Source: Selaginella moellendorffii
Taxonomy: Eukaryota; Plantae; Lycopodiophyta
Length of the DNA: 64,000 nucleotides
Direction: 5' to 3'
Assembly: GCF_000143415.4 (NCBI RefSeq)
Contig: NW_003314331.1
Span: 560,164-624,163 of the forward strand
Shown here: piece after piece, positions 48,017 to 60,078 of the stretch
How positions within the stretch are numbered: position 1 is the stretch's first letter
How the letters are laid out: the number at the start of each line of letters is the position of its first letter
Notes under the pieces: generated by a model
What the model was told of the DNA's origin: nothing
Databases searched by the model: none
The model's input: the letters and a program-made list of their open reading frames with translations, nothing else
Translations under genes and position numbers: made by a program

Positions 48017-49830
48017 TCATGTCTCATGCTGGCAAACGCCTCCACAGCCTTGGCCTCGTCTCTTGCCTCGATGTACCCCATAACACCATGCTGTGGAAAG
48101 GCAAACAAACGTGCATGTATGTGTTGCACTTGACTTTGTGGCCTGTGAGTGAACGGTCTTGCCTTTGTCCAGAGTAAAAACTTTCACGAGCTTCCCGTCA
48201 ACCTGTCTCGCTTCTTCCTTAGCAGCCAGGCCGATGGCAGCTTTGGCCACCACAACGAAAGTTAGCATGTCTGGCTCANNNNNNNNNNNNNNNNNNNNNN
48301 NNNNNNNNNNNNNNNNNNNNNNNNNNNNNNNNNNNNNNNNNNNNNNNNNNNNNNNNNNNNNNNNNNNNNNNNNNNNNNNNNNNNNNNNNNNNNNNNNNNN
48401 NNNNNNNNNNNNNNNNNNNNNNNNNNNNNNNNNNNNNNNNNNNNNNNNNNNNNNNNNNNNNNNNNNNNNNNNNNNNNNNNNNNNNNNNNNNNNNNNNNNN
48501 NNNNNNNNNNNNNNNNNNNNNNNNNNNNNNNNNNNNNNNNNNNNNNNNNNNNNNNNNNNNNNNNNNNNNNNNNNNNNNNNNNNNNNNNNNNNNNNNNNNN
48601 NNNNNNNNNNNNNNNNNNNNNNNNNNNNNNNNNNNNNNNNNNNNNNNNNNNNNNNNNNNNNNNNNNNNNNNNNNNNNNNNNNNNNNNNNNNNNNNNNNNN
48701 NNNNNNNNNNNNNNNNNNNNNNNNNNNNNNNNNNNNNNNNNNNNNNNNNNNNNNNNNNNNNNNNNNNNNNNNNNNNNNNNNNNNNNNNNNNNNNNNNNNN
48801 NNNNNNNNNNNNNNNNNNNNNNNNNNNNNNNNNNNNNNNNNNNNNNNNNNNNNNNNNNNNNNNNNNNNNNNNNNNNNNNNNNNNNNNNNNNNNNNNNNNN
48901 NNNNNNNNNNNNNNNNNNNNNNNNNNNNNNNNNNNNNNNNNNNNNNNNNNNNNNNNNNNNNNNNNNNNNNNNNNNNNAGCAGTCTGTCGTATGGCCTCCA
49001 GCATACAAAGCCATGGCCTTTCTCCAAACTTGCCAGCTTCACGGCCCTCCCGTCGATTTTTCTGGTGACTTCTTTTCCTGCGACGCTGGTGCAAGCCTTC
49101 AAGGTGGCAACGTACGATTGAGAGGTCGGAGCACAGCCCCTGGAAGTTTTCATGCTGTCGAAAAGCTCCAACACGGTCCCTGCCTCTCCATACTCGCAGT
49201 AGCCAAACATGAGAGCGTTCCACGCCGCGGCCTTTTGACACTCCATGCTGTCGAAGACTCTTCGAGCATCCGTCATGCTCCCACACTTGGTAGAAATCCA
49301 CCAGTGTGTTGGCGAGCACAGCCTCCGGATCATCGATACTTGAGCGTGTACTCTCGTGCCTCGCTCAAAAGCCACCACCTTGACGAGCCTCCCGTGAACC
49401 TGCCTTTGATCTTCTCTCGCTGCAAGGCTGGAGCGAGCCTTGAGCGCAGGAGCGAAAGTGTCTTCTCGCAGCTCACACGCTCAAACAGCTCGAGAGCGAC
49501 CCTCCCCCCCCCCCCCCCTTCTCCATTCCCATTCCAGAACACGACCGTGTGAAACTCCATCCTGTCGAAAGCTCCCCGATCCCCCCGAATCATTCCTTTC
49601 TCCAAAGCACTGAGCTTGACTTTTCCACTGCCGATGACGATCGTGCTCTCTTCACTGTCAGCCATGGAAGAGCACGCCTTGATTGCTCCTAGGAAAGTCC
49701 CCGCATTGGGACGCAAGCCGCGGAATAATTCCAGTGTCCAATCTCCTCTTCCATTTTCAACGTATCCCAGCAGCAGCGAGTTCCAAGTCATGACGTCATA
49801 CTGTGGAATTCTTTCGAAGATCTGACGAAT
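48017..49830 (-). pseudogene. PLS-type PPR gene remnant(s), frameshifted, spanning an assembly gap
   Basis: IFERIPQYDVMTWNSLLLGYVENG; ANTLVDFY; KCGSMTDARRVFDSM; WNALMFGY; PDMLTFV; spacer DGKLVKV...KGKTVHSQA. Confidence 0.8.
48279..48977. other. Assembly gap (699 N)
   Basis: Run of n. Confidence 1.
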
Positions 49831-50211
49831 CAAAATCCTTGCTGCTGATGGATTCCAGATACCCGGCCATGATCGCCATCCACACTGCGGCAAGCATGGT
49901 GTGCGCATCCGTGACGCTGCAGCATCGCGGTTTGTTCTCAAAAATGTTCTAATGATAATCCCAGCCCTTTGAAGTAGCACAAATACTGCCCAGCCAATAT
50001 AAATTGCCTGGAACATACCATGGCATAACATAACAGCCCCATGAAGAGATTGGTGAATCATTCGATCTAAGCCATGGAGATGGGGCAGCCTCTTGCGTTG
50101 CAACATGAGAATTCTAACAAAGGGCGAAGTAGAGCTATCAATTCTCTGCTTTGAAAGGTATAATCCATTTCAAATTATTAAAATCAAACCTTCTCTAATA
50201 CAAAATATTTA

Positions 50212-51745
50212 TTACTGAGTGCTTGCATTTGTTAGCCTTGGAGTTACACGAACTTGCAGTGGTGACTCTGGCCAAGTTACTGCTCCAAAAGTCTCATCAA
50301 AACCATAGCTTTTCCCGGGAACATGATGCCAATCAAAGCCGTGGAGCAAATTTCCAAGAGTGAGATAGACAGTTTTGAGACCCAGTGCCATGCCTGGGCA
50401 TATTCTTCTCCCAGCTCCAAATGGAATCAGCTCAAAGTCTTGGCCTTTCACATCGATTGCCGACCCCAGAAACCTCTCGGGCCAAAACTTTGTAGGATTC
50501 TCCCAAACTTTCGGATTTCTGCCAATGGAGTAAACGTTGACAATAGTGGTGGCACCTTTGGGAACGTGGAATGATTGACCCAATACACAAGCTCGAGTTG
50601 ACATCCTCGGCACCAGCAATGGCGCTGGAGGGTGCATCCTGAAAGTTTCCTTGACAATGGCCTCAAGATATGTCAGCTTTGGGAAATCAGACTCTGAAAC
50701 CATGCGATCTCCACCCACGACAGCATCGAGCTCTTCTTGTGCTTTCCTGATGATCTCTGGATTGTTGAGAAGTTCTAGCAAAGCCCACTCTACTGTGCAT
50801 GGGCTTGTGTCTGTTCCTCCTGCAAGGATTTCCTGTGGCAAAACATTTCCAGAGTATGAATTATTAATGTTAGAGTGATTCTCCGCTTACCATTAAGGTG
50901 GCTCTGACAACTTCATGGTCGCCTCCTCTATGCTCAAGCAAGATATCCATGAAATCCATTGTGGGACGGGATTTGTTGACTTTGTGTTCGTCGATGATCT
51001 TCTGGAGGAATTCATTCTGCTTGGCAGCTACTCGTTTAGCCTGTGGTATGTTCCAGTCGATCCATTTGAGCCAAGATGGTACAAACTCACTTATATGGAA
51101 CTGGAGAGAAAACTTGACTGACTCATCGATCAGTTCCTTGAACACTTTGGCTTCTTCTAGCTCGTCGCCACTCAGGTTCTTGCCTAAAAACCTCTTACTC
51201 ATAAGGACCCGTGTCTGTACGTTGAATGCAAAAACAGTGAGGTGTTCTCGCAGATCTACAACACTTCGGTCTTTGCAAGCTTGGGCAAGTGATGACATCA
51301 AGTAAGAAAGCTCCTCCAGTCTAACCCACAAGAAAGAATCAATGCGTTTGACTGTGAAGAGCTCGGCGGTGCAGATCTTTCTCATGCTCTTCCAGTGATC
51401 GCCACTAGCTAAAGCCATTCCCTTGAAATTGTTGCCACTGTGCTCTCCAACCAACAAGTATGGCCTGAAACTAAAAGTTGAGTCTTCAGTCTTGAGCACT
51501 TGTTTTGCTAGAGCTGGACTGGAGATCACAATTGCTGGGATCATCCCCAATTTGAGATACATAATCTCTCCAAAATTCCTGGACAGCTTTTGCAATGAAT
51601 GGTGAGGCATTCTTCCAATGAGATGGAGGTGACCAATGAGTGGCAAGCCCCATGGAGATGGGGGCAGCCTGTTGCTTGGCAACAACACATTCTTGAAGAG
51701 ATGGAGCAAGAGTAGAAATCCAAAGAAGTAGAGAAGGAACTCCAT
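50212..51745 (-). CDS. Cytochrome P450, CYP71 clan (A-type), 2 exons (51745-50891, 50832-50212)
   Basis: Membrane anchor; LPPSPWGLPLIGHL; I-helix AGGTDTS; KETFR; WPERF; heme motif PFGAGRRICPG; single phase-0 intron. Confidence 0.93.
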
Positions 51746-53543
51746 CTAGTTTGCCTGAATAATGATCATAGACTATAATCATGGTCTATAAATAATGATC
51801 TCATTGTGATGCAATTTGTAAACACAGGTTAGGTTGAAGTATGCTTTTTCTATGGCTAGGCATATTCTTTATCCTGCCAACCATTCCATGGATCGAATGA
51901 CCGGTATAATCTCTTTGTTTCTTAAGCAAACTTGTAGGGGGAGTGTAGGAATTTAAGTATGGCAATCAATATGTGATTACACATGGGAGAAGTATATATT
52001 TACATATGTGTGAATATATATTTGTTTTCAATTACACACAATAATATTATGCACACAATTATAATAGCAATTGAAATGTGATTGTGATATGCCATGTGCC
52101 TGGGGGCATGCCATATGCACAAACATTTCATGCCACATCTACATTTGAGTATCAATTGAATTCCACAATCCATAGAGCTTGGCATGTACAATATTGCATT
52201 GAAAAATATTTTGAGTAATTACTGAGTGACTTTTCTATGGTTTTCTTGGCTTGTCAAGATTTTGAGACATAAACTAATCACATCATGGAGTGAGCACGGG
52301 AGGTTAGGCATTAGGATGGAGCTATGTCAAGAGATTGTTGCTCAAATCCAGCTATTATAGTGTCGCTAGGAAGAAGATTGATGGAGGGATATGGTTGGAG
52401 AGGCTGTTTCACTAAGAACAAACTCTTAATAGGTGGTGATTCTGCATAAAGTATGATTGCTGATCAAGACTTAAATAGAAATTTGTGAAGAGGCAACTTG
52501 CTAAACTACCACCAAATAGTGTATAAAAATCAATTCTCCCCATAATCTTGCTTATTTCTTAATGCTAGATGACAATGAATGGATGAGTTGGGGCTTGAAG
52601 AATTTATATATGGTGCATGGTGTTGATGTATCATGCTTGAAAAACATAGCACTGAAAAAAAGAATTTAAGCATATATATTTTTAATTGATATATCTTAAA
52701 GTATAATACAATTTTTTGCCACACCACCCACTCTAGGTCTCTAGAGATGTCCTAAAACCATTATTAACTCAATTAAATCTATACTACCTACTATATTTAT
52801 TCCAATATAAATCCTAGACTTTTTAAAATAGTTAAATGGATATCTGATACTATAAAATAATGATAGAACCAACCATAACTCTTCAAGCAGTTATTTAGTT
52901 TCTTAAACTATCCAATCCATGAGTGGTCATCCTATGACCACTCTTAGCATATTTAGAAGATTGTAAGCAATTAAATTGTTCATTCTTCTTTAGTCACTTA
53001 AAAATGTTTATGACCACTTAAAAAAGTTTCATTCACAACCTCTATAAATTTTTATCCTAGCTTGTTAGAAGAGTTTCACTCACAACCTCTATAAGTCTTT
53101 ATCTCAATTTATGACCACATTTTGAAACACTTGTAGTAACTTTATAAGTAGTCTCTTACCACTAGGGTGCCTTAACCACGTGGTTAGAGTAAAATTCTAA
53201 TGAGCCACTCAAGGTATTTAAGTAAGTAATCTCACCTATACTTAAATTAAAAGCATCAACCATTTTATCTCTTAAAGGAGTTAAAAGTTAACATTCACCA
53301 AGTCATTATATCTATATTCATTTTAGTTTTGGACTTTTTATTATTTGTTTTACTTTCACAAGAAATCCCAAGTTATATTATCACCCATTTGTAAGCTCTT
53401 GAGTTTGGATTTCCCAAAAAGTCATCTAACCTAATATATTTTCTAATAAATATTATATTCCACATTTTTTTAATATGGGTCTTAGCAATACATTGAAATA
53501 AGATAAAAATTACTCCTACTACTTTATTAAAACACATCACTTT

Positions 53544-54392
53544 TCAATGCTTAGCTTCGTTTTTCAATTCTTTAATCCATGCTTCTTCTGTAGCTGCATA
53601 TGGGTCATACCCTGGAGGCATTTCTTCGACGGATCTGTATAACTCGAAGCCTAGGCTTGCTTGGTATAAAAGTTCATCCAGTCGCTGAAAATATTCCCAG
53701 AGAAGGGGACGAAAGATTCCCAAGTCTGGATGTTTTGTGCAAATCCGTTTGAGGTTTTCACATTCAATCCGTTGGACGCAGAAATGAGGATGGTATTGCA
53801 GGAAGTCTGCTACCTGAACGATACAACCCACCTGAAAACATACACAAATCAACATGTAAGATAGAAGGTGATACAAACCTGAAGACGAAGTCTCTTCATT
53901 GATCCAGTGTAAGTCCTCTCTGCCCAGTTCTCATTTCACAGAGGATCTCTTGAACAGTGATACGTGTCGTGTCCCTTCGCTAGGCAGAGGTAGCATTTCT
54001 TTTGTTCATGAGCAAAAGGATCCACTCCAGGCTAAAAGAAGAAACCAAAAGTCAAATCTGGAAAACAAGTGACCCCCTTGCAGTGTCTTTCCCAATGGCC
54101 TCTCTTCTTACAATTTCTGCATTGGTCGACGAGTAATCCCTCCTTCTCACCCGGACGATGAGTTCCTATGATCTCGTACCTGTTACAAACAAAAGCTAGT
54201 AAAGATCGAACTCAATCTTGCTTACCTTGCTCGCATGCGTTCGGCAGGGTTCTCCTTCGGCTTTTCCTTTGTGAACACATTGTGCTGCCCGTTGCTGCTG
54301 CCGCCATAGGCCTTCTTGTGCTCCCCGTTGCTACTGCTGCCGTCGTAAGCCTTCCTGTAGTGCCCGTTGCTGCTGCTGGTGTACGCCTTCAT
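53544..54392 (-). pseudogene. Two-CCHC zinc-knuckle gene, copy 4 (most complete; CGA>TGA stop)
   Basis: Three KAY..SSNG.H units, CRNCKKRGHWERHC, CYLCLAKGHDTYHC, then GAT CCT CTG TGA where the other copies have CGA. Intron 2 is shortened to 42 bp. Confidence 0.8.
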
Positions 54393-54559
54393 CCTCAAAA
54401 CGTAAAGTTCAGAACCCACAGGTAGCTATACCCCGTTCTTGTCCCTGCTGTATTGAAAACATACAGAAAAGCAGAAAAGACACGAGCTTTAATTCCAGGA
54501 TCCCTTACCTGGAGAACCGAAGCAATGCAATCAAAGAGGAGAACACGATGTAGCTCCGT

Positions 54560-56370
54560 AGCAGTGCCACAAATAATTAGGTTTCCATGAGCATCTGGGC
54601 GATACCTTGACCACCCTGCCGCAAAATCTACAGTTATTGACATTGTTTTCCCACTTGCGTGTGTTGCACGCACCAGAGACAAAGATTGCCGATGAAGACA
54701 AAGGAAATAACCTCTTGCACTCGTCCCGAAGTCGACGACGAGGAACGTGTCCTGGCAGTGATTGGTAATCCCTGTTACTGCTGCTCGGTTGGCCGCTTGT
54801 ACTCGTTGACGATCGGGCATAAACACACCGGACAATCTTTTGCTGCTTCTACTGCCATTACTACTGCTGGACTGCTTCGTTCTTCCAGGACGCTGACTTC
54901 CTGCCTTGCTTCGCACTCCTCGACAAGGAATGCCACCAGTGGTTCATGCTCGCTACAACTCCCACGGATTTTTCCAGCCCTGCTAAGTCGACATCACCCA
55001 AAGAGGAAGTCCCTTGACCGTAAACTCCTGCCGAGCAACTGTAACGCCGGTCGCACCAGATAACTGTTGTGAGTTTCCTCCTCAATCTTCTTTGCCAAGC
55101 GCTCTCTCGAGAACAGGATCTGCTTCATATAGCAGGCCATCTCGCCTTCCACCAGTTTTTCTAGAGCTGCCTTGCACCAAGCCACACCTTACAAGCTCGA
55201 GGATGAGATCTCGATTCGCTTCATACCTTCACCAAGTGGCTTCCGAGTGGAAAATGAATGAAGCATAGCAGCATGCCTTCAAAGTCGCACCTAGTGTGCG
55301 AAACACGGCTTTGCATGTCAATTTCTACCACTCCTCACAGCCATCGAGAGTCGTGCCTTCAAGGCTAGCAAGAGCATGCGCTGCAGCGTCGTGATCATTC
55401 CCGATTCAAGCTTTGGTCGACAAGCCTCTGAGCGCATCAATCACCTCCTCACCAAGTCCAGCTGGTACTCACTTGCAGAACGTTCACCCGCGGCTTTTCC
55501 ATGAAGCACGATAACCTTCGTCATCTTCTTCCCACTCAAAGTCTGAGCAGTGCCATTGTGTCGCTTGTCAACGCTCGAACCAAGCCCGACTGGATTTCCA
55601 AGAACATGAAACGGGGGCGGCTCCACAGATTTTACTGGCTCAGGAGAGTTCTTGCTTCACCTTCTCAGGATCCAGATCAAGGTTGATGAAGGGAGATGAA
55701 CACACCTGACTGTGAGCGCTGGCTAACTTTACACGAATCATCATGTGTGCACTTGGACAAGATAAACATAAGGTAAGAACTTTTATATATATCTTGATGA
55801 GCATCCTTAGCTTGGGACGTATGTGACGTATGGGCCACAGACGACTTTTCCCGTACATGAAAGTATCACGGTATCCATGTCTCCAGGATCGCACTCGGCA
55901 ACCACGAGGCCTCTATCTCGTAGACGACGCCATAAGATAAGAAAACGCAGCTCGCTGGTTAGCTTTCTTCACGGAAGTGATAACCAGACTCTTGCCGGCC
56001 TTACATTGTGCGTCTGGGGCCCCGAGTTTCAGCGCAAGTTGGGCCTTCACCGCACTCGTCAAGGAGAATGAGCAGCTCGTTGTCAACCAGCTTCGAGGTG
56101 TCTGCATAGCGGACCTCCACGCTCGTGAACGATCCAGGCGCCAGTATTTCTTTCACCTCCGCCCAGAGTCACGGGCGTTCGAAATCCCAGCTGCTTCCAC
56201 TCGTTCTGAAGCCAGCGCTTCTGTCTCGCCACGGTTGTCATGACAGTTTCCACTGCCATGGCTTCTGTAGCATATACGTGCAACCTTGTGTAGCTTAGCC
56301 TCGAGCTGCTTTTGTAGCAAAGTTAGTCCCCTCTAGTTTTTGCCGCAAACTCTAGCCATGAGAGTGTTCT
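54560..56370 (-). pseudogene. Second DEAH11/12-like pseudogene, inverted paralogue of ~35685-37260
   Basis: Reverse complement of 56295-56370 matches 35685-35760. Shared peptides LSGKKMTKVIVLHGKAAGERS and VDLAGLEKSVG..SMNH.WHSL. Confidence 0.75.
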
Positions 56371-56439
56371 AGGCCATTCTTGGCCTATTAAAAATGATCC
56401 AGTCGGCTGTTGTTCATCCCCGACAGATCCATTTAACTG

Positions 56440-56616
56440 AGCTTCCAGTGTATCTAACGAGGATGGAAAGTTTGAGACGAGTCCCTGTAGCAGCTTCCAC
56501 TGAACGATCGATTCTTGCAGCTCCTGCTGGACTTTTTCCCACTGGTGTAGTGAAAGTTCTTACCTTTGCTGTTCCTCCTCGAATGCTTGAAATTGTGCTG
56601 CTCCTTCATCATCTTT
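56440..56616. repeat. 177-bp direct repeat, copy A
   Basis: Identical by eye to 58387-58563. Confidence 0.92.
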
Positions 56617-58387
56617 CTCGCAAGAGAGTTCGTGCTGCCTCCTGAAGTGTGCGATTCATTCGCTCTGCTACACCGTTCTGCTGCTGTGTGTCAGGGATTG
56701 AAAATTGCCGCTGTATTCCAGAGGAAATACAAAAACTGGCAAATTCCTTGGATGTATACTCCCCACCTCCATCACTTCTTAGCATTTTGATTCTCTTTCC
56801 TGTCTGCAACTCCACCTGAGCCTTGTATTCCTTGAATTTCTGGAAGGCTTCTGACTTGAGCTGGAGGAACTTCACTGCTACGATTCGTGAGTAGTCGTCT
56901 ATGAAGGTCACGAAGTATAGCTTCTTGTCTCTGGAAAGTGTGGGCATATTGCCAGAGAGATCAGAATGAATCAGTGCTAGAGGTTCTTTAGCACGATTAG
57001 TGGCTATCTGTGGAAAAGGGAGCCGGTGATGTTTACCGAGTGCACACGGCTCGCAAAACTTCATCGCACTTGATGAAGTGATGCTCAAACCTTTTACCAT
57101 CTCTTTTGCCGCTAGTTCTTTGATGTCCTGTAGGTTGGTGTGGCCGAGTCTCCTGTGCCATATCTGGAGGTCTGCTGCTTTTTTCGTCCCAGCAAAAAAA
57201 GCTTTTACTGGCTGCACCACCTCGGCATTAAGTTGATAGAGACCAGCCTGTCTACTCCCACAAGCTATTCCATTTCCATTCACGTCTGTGATTGCACACA
57301 TCTTTTTTGTGAATGTGATCTCCAGATCACGATCAGCAATCTTTCCCACTGAGAAGAGTGTCTTGTTCACTCCAGGAACATAGTAAACATTCTTCACGCT
57401 GGCAATCTGTCCTGTTGGCAGCTTGATGTCGATCGTCCCAACACCCTCCACCTTGTATGAGTAGTCGTCGCCAAGAAAAATTCGTTTATTTCCTGGGACC
57501 TTCTTCAACGTGGTGAAAAATTTCCTGAGGTGCGTCATGTGTTTGTTTGCCCCAGAATCAAGGTACACCACTTCTGCTTCTGTGCCAAGAGTGTTCTTTG
57601 CAACCTGCTGGATACTAGTGGCCATGAACAAGCTGCCATGGTCGTCCACATCCTCCTGGTTGTCTTCCTCGCTACTTTCTGCTGTCCTGGCAAAGTTGGC
57701 CGACTTGTTCTTTCTTGCTGCCAGTCTCTTTGCCTCAGCTTTTCGCGCCTCCTTAGCTTTCTTGGCCTCTTCATCTGTGCAATCTCGTGCCCAGTGCCCT
57801 GGTTTCTTGCAAATGTTACAGCGATCATTCTTCTTTTTCTTCTTGAACTTTTCTGGTTTGCTGCTCTCGCCCTGAGCGTTCATTGGTCCTAGTCTGTCCC
57901 ACACTGTGACAGATCGTTTCCCCTTTCCTGCGAAGAGTGCCAATTCTTTCTCATTTGAGCTCGCTTGCCCTGACTTGAGAAAACCCTCCAACGCTGTGAG
58001 GTCGGCTACGATCTGGCTGAAAGTGTTACTGGAACTTAAATGATGCGACCTTGCGAGTTGCATTGGTCTGCTAAGCCCCTTGAAGAACGCTGTGATCAGC
58101 TCATCTTCATCGAAGTCTTTCATTTGAACTGCATCGATGGATTCTGTCTGAAGAGAAGAGAGCGGCCCTGAGACGCTGACAAAGGCAGCGCCATCGTCCC
58201 AGGATCTGAAGCCCTCAGGGCTCCGATACCATATTCGGGATAGAAATCACGAATGTACTCTGGAATGCCAGCCGCTGCTGGCGCTACGCCCGGGGCCTGC
58301 CGGGCGTCTCTCTTATTGACTATAAGAACTGAACAGACACGACGGGTCAACTTGACCCAAGAGGGAATCACGAATATTCCCTCAATA
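56617..58387 (-). mobile_element. 3'-truncated Ty1/Copia element (putative 5' LTR, PBS, partial gag, protease, integrase)
   Basis: ORF 56609-58123 has CNICKKPGHWARDC, YLDSGANKHMT, IWHRRLGH, CEPC, IHSDL, LRSDGGGEY and QQNGVAERMNRTL. PBS-like TGGTATCGGAGC at 58220-58231 (-). Candidate LTR 58232-58387. Confidence 0.88.
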
Positions 58388-58563
58388 GCTTCCAGTGTAT
58401 CTAACGAGGATGGAAAGTTTGAGACGAGTCCCTGTAGCAGCTTCCACTGAACGATCGATTCTTGCAGCTCCTGCTGGACTTTTTCCCACTGGTGTAGTGA
58501 AAGTTCTTACCTTTGCTGTTCCTCCTCGAATGCTTGAAATTGTGCTGCTCCTTCATCATCTTT
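58387..58563. repeat. 177-bp direct repeat, copy B
   Basis: Identical by eye to 56440-56616. Confidence 0.92.
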
Positions 58564-59369
58564 AGGACACCCTCTAACTGCGTTGCAGCTCCTTGGCAAC
58601 TGATGTAGGCTGTGAACACAGTTCTAATCTTTTCACTCTTGCTCATACCACTGCTCCAAATGAGTTACCCTGGTGATCCAAGCGCTCTTCACTCGAAGGT
58701 GGAGTTTTTGGGCAAAAACTTCACGAAAGAAAGTCTATTGCCGCAGCCTTGTCGAGGTAGCAGAGCTTTGGACTGCAGTTGGAATGACAGCCACCGACGC
58801 CTCATGAAGTATGTGAGTGGACAGGTTGCCTCATGAAGCATGTGAATCAGCTCGATGAAAGCATAGGCCCATGGATTGCTGTTCTGCCCAGGCACAGACA
58901 CAAGAGCTAGTTTTCCACCATGAGCGGCGAGCAACGATTCAGATAATTCTAATGCCAAGATTCAGGCCAGAAAATCTCACAAAATGCAGTCTTGCCTCTT
59001 GTTCGCCCGCTGCTCAGTAGCGCCAATGCGAACCTTAAAACGTTTGAGGGGGAACGAGGAGTTCTACCTTTCCAAAAAGTACAGCATGGCCACCATGCCA
59101 AAGCTAATCATCCATGGGGAACTAGCCACTCCCTCCTTTCGATTCTACAGCGAAGCACCTTCTCTTCCCGCTTATTGAAGAGCCATGGTTCTAAACAAAA
59201 CTTCGAAGGATTGCTAAAAATTTCTAGAACTGCCTTTTTTGCAGCTCAACGGATTACTTTTCAAAGAAAGGAGTATAATTGAAGTCTGAGAATTTCCAGG
59301 ATAAAAATCCAATTATCACAATCTAAAAGTCACCTGAAAAAAACATTCAAAAGGTTTTTATGAGTTACT

Positions 59370-59500
59370 CAACAAGGAGAAGTTCAAGAATTTCAAGGTC
59401 TCACATAAGGAACTAGCTATTAAGTTCTTAGAGATCAAACTTGATGAAATTGTTGAGTTTGATTAAATAAATTGCTTGTACTCACAGAGAGCATTGCAGA
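59370..59500 (+). pseudogene. Decayed copy of the last exon of the orphan gene at 25974-26680
   Basis: TTGATGAAATTGTTGAGTTTGATTAAA...TTGCTTGTACT is shared with 26655-26691. Upstream GGAGAAGTT...TCTCA.A.AAGGAA..AGCTAT is also similar. Confidence 0.6.
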
Positions 59501-59585
59501 TTGAAGCATACAAGAGGTAAAATGATCAAGATCTGATGATCTTCCATCGTTAGGAATTTGAAAATCATCGTAACCTGGATTCTGG

Positions 59586-59942
59586 CTAAGAGCGCTTGCT
59601 TTGATGGACTTGCAAAGCCTTGTCACGCTCCAAAGCAACCTTGGCTCTCTCGTCCTCGGGAATCTGATAGTAGTTGTCGCTATCCTTGGTGTTCATCTTC
59701 ACAGCAATTTCATACACCTTTCTCTTGTAGGCAATCTCCTGCTCCTCCCTCTTGCTCAGCTTCTCGCCCTCAAACAAGAATTTCTCGTCTAACAAACTGT
59801 CTCTGAGCTGCGCCACTATTTTTTCTTGCCTAGTCTTGAGATACTTTTCACGAGAACGAGCCCTCAATGCCTCTATCATTCTCCGTTTAATCTCTTCCTC
59901 GTGTTGGGACATGTCTGCCTCCTTCTTTGAAGTGTTCACCAT
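59586..59942 (-). CDS. 118-aa intronless ORF matching only the N-terminal charged region of the DHX16/Prp2/ESP3 splicing helicase
   Basis: LRARSREKYLKTRQEKIVAQLRDSLLDEKFLFEGEKLSKREEQEIAYKRKVYEI...YQIPE resembles the conserved LR..SR..YL.KRE....L...I.DE..LF....LT..E segment. No helicase core follows. Confidence 0.6.
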   Translation of the reverse strand: MVNTSKKEADMSQHEEEIKRRMIEALRARSREKYLKTRQEKIVAQLRDSLLDEKFLFEGEKLSKREEQEIAYKRKVYEIAVKMNTKDSDNYYQIPEDERAKVALERDKALQVHQSKRS

Positions 59943-60078
59943 TTTCTTGCAACCCTAGAACTTGGAATCCCTTAAATAGTTTGATCCTGGCCTTTTGAAG
60001 AGAATATACCTAGAATATGCTCAAGCTATCATTTTGGAAATTAGGGTTCTTCGCATTATTTTCTCCTTTTTTGTGGCC

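Noticed and set aside
48017-49378. Long ORFs of 250-453 aa
   Set aside because: Their length comes from the 699-N gap; only the flanking PPR fragments are real.
56440-58563. 177-bp direct repeats interpreted as the LTRs of the second Copia
   Set aside because: No TG/CA ends and no PPT. The PBS lies 156 bp inside the repeat, behind a separate LTR-like segment.
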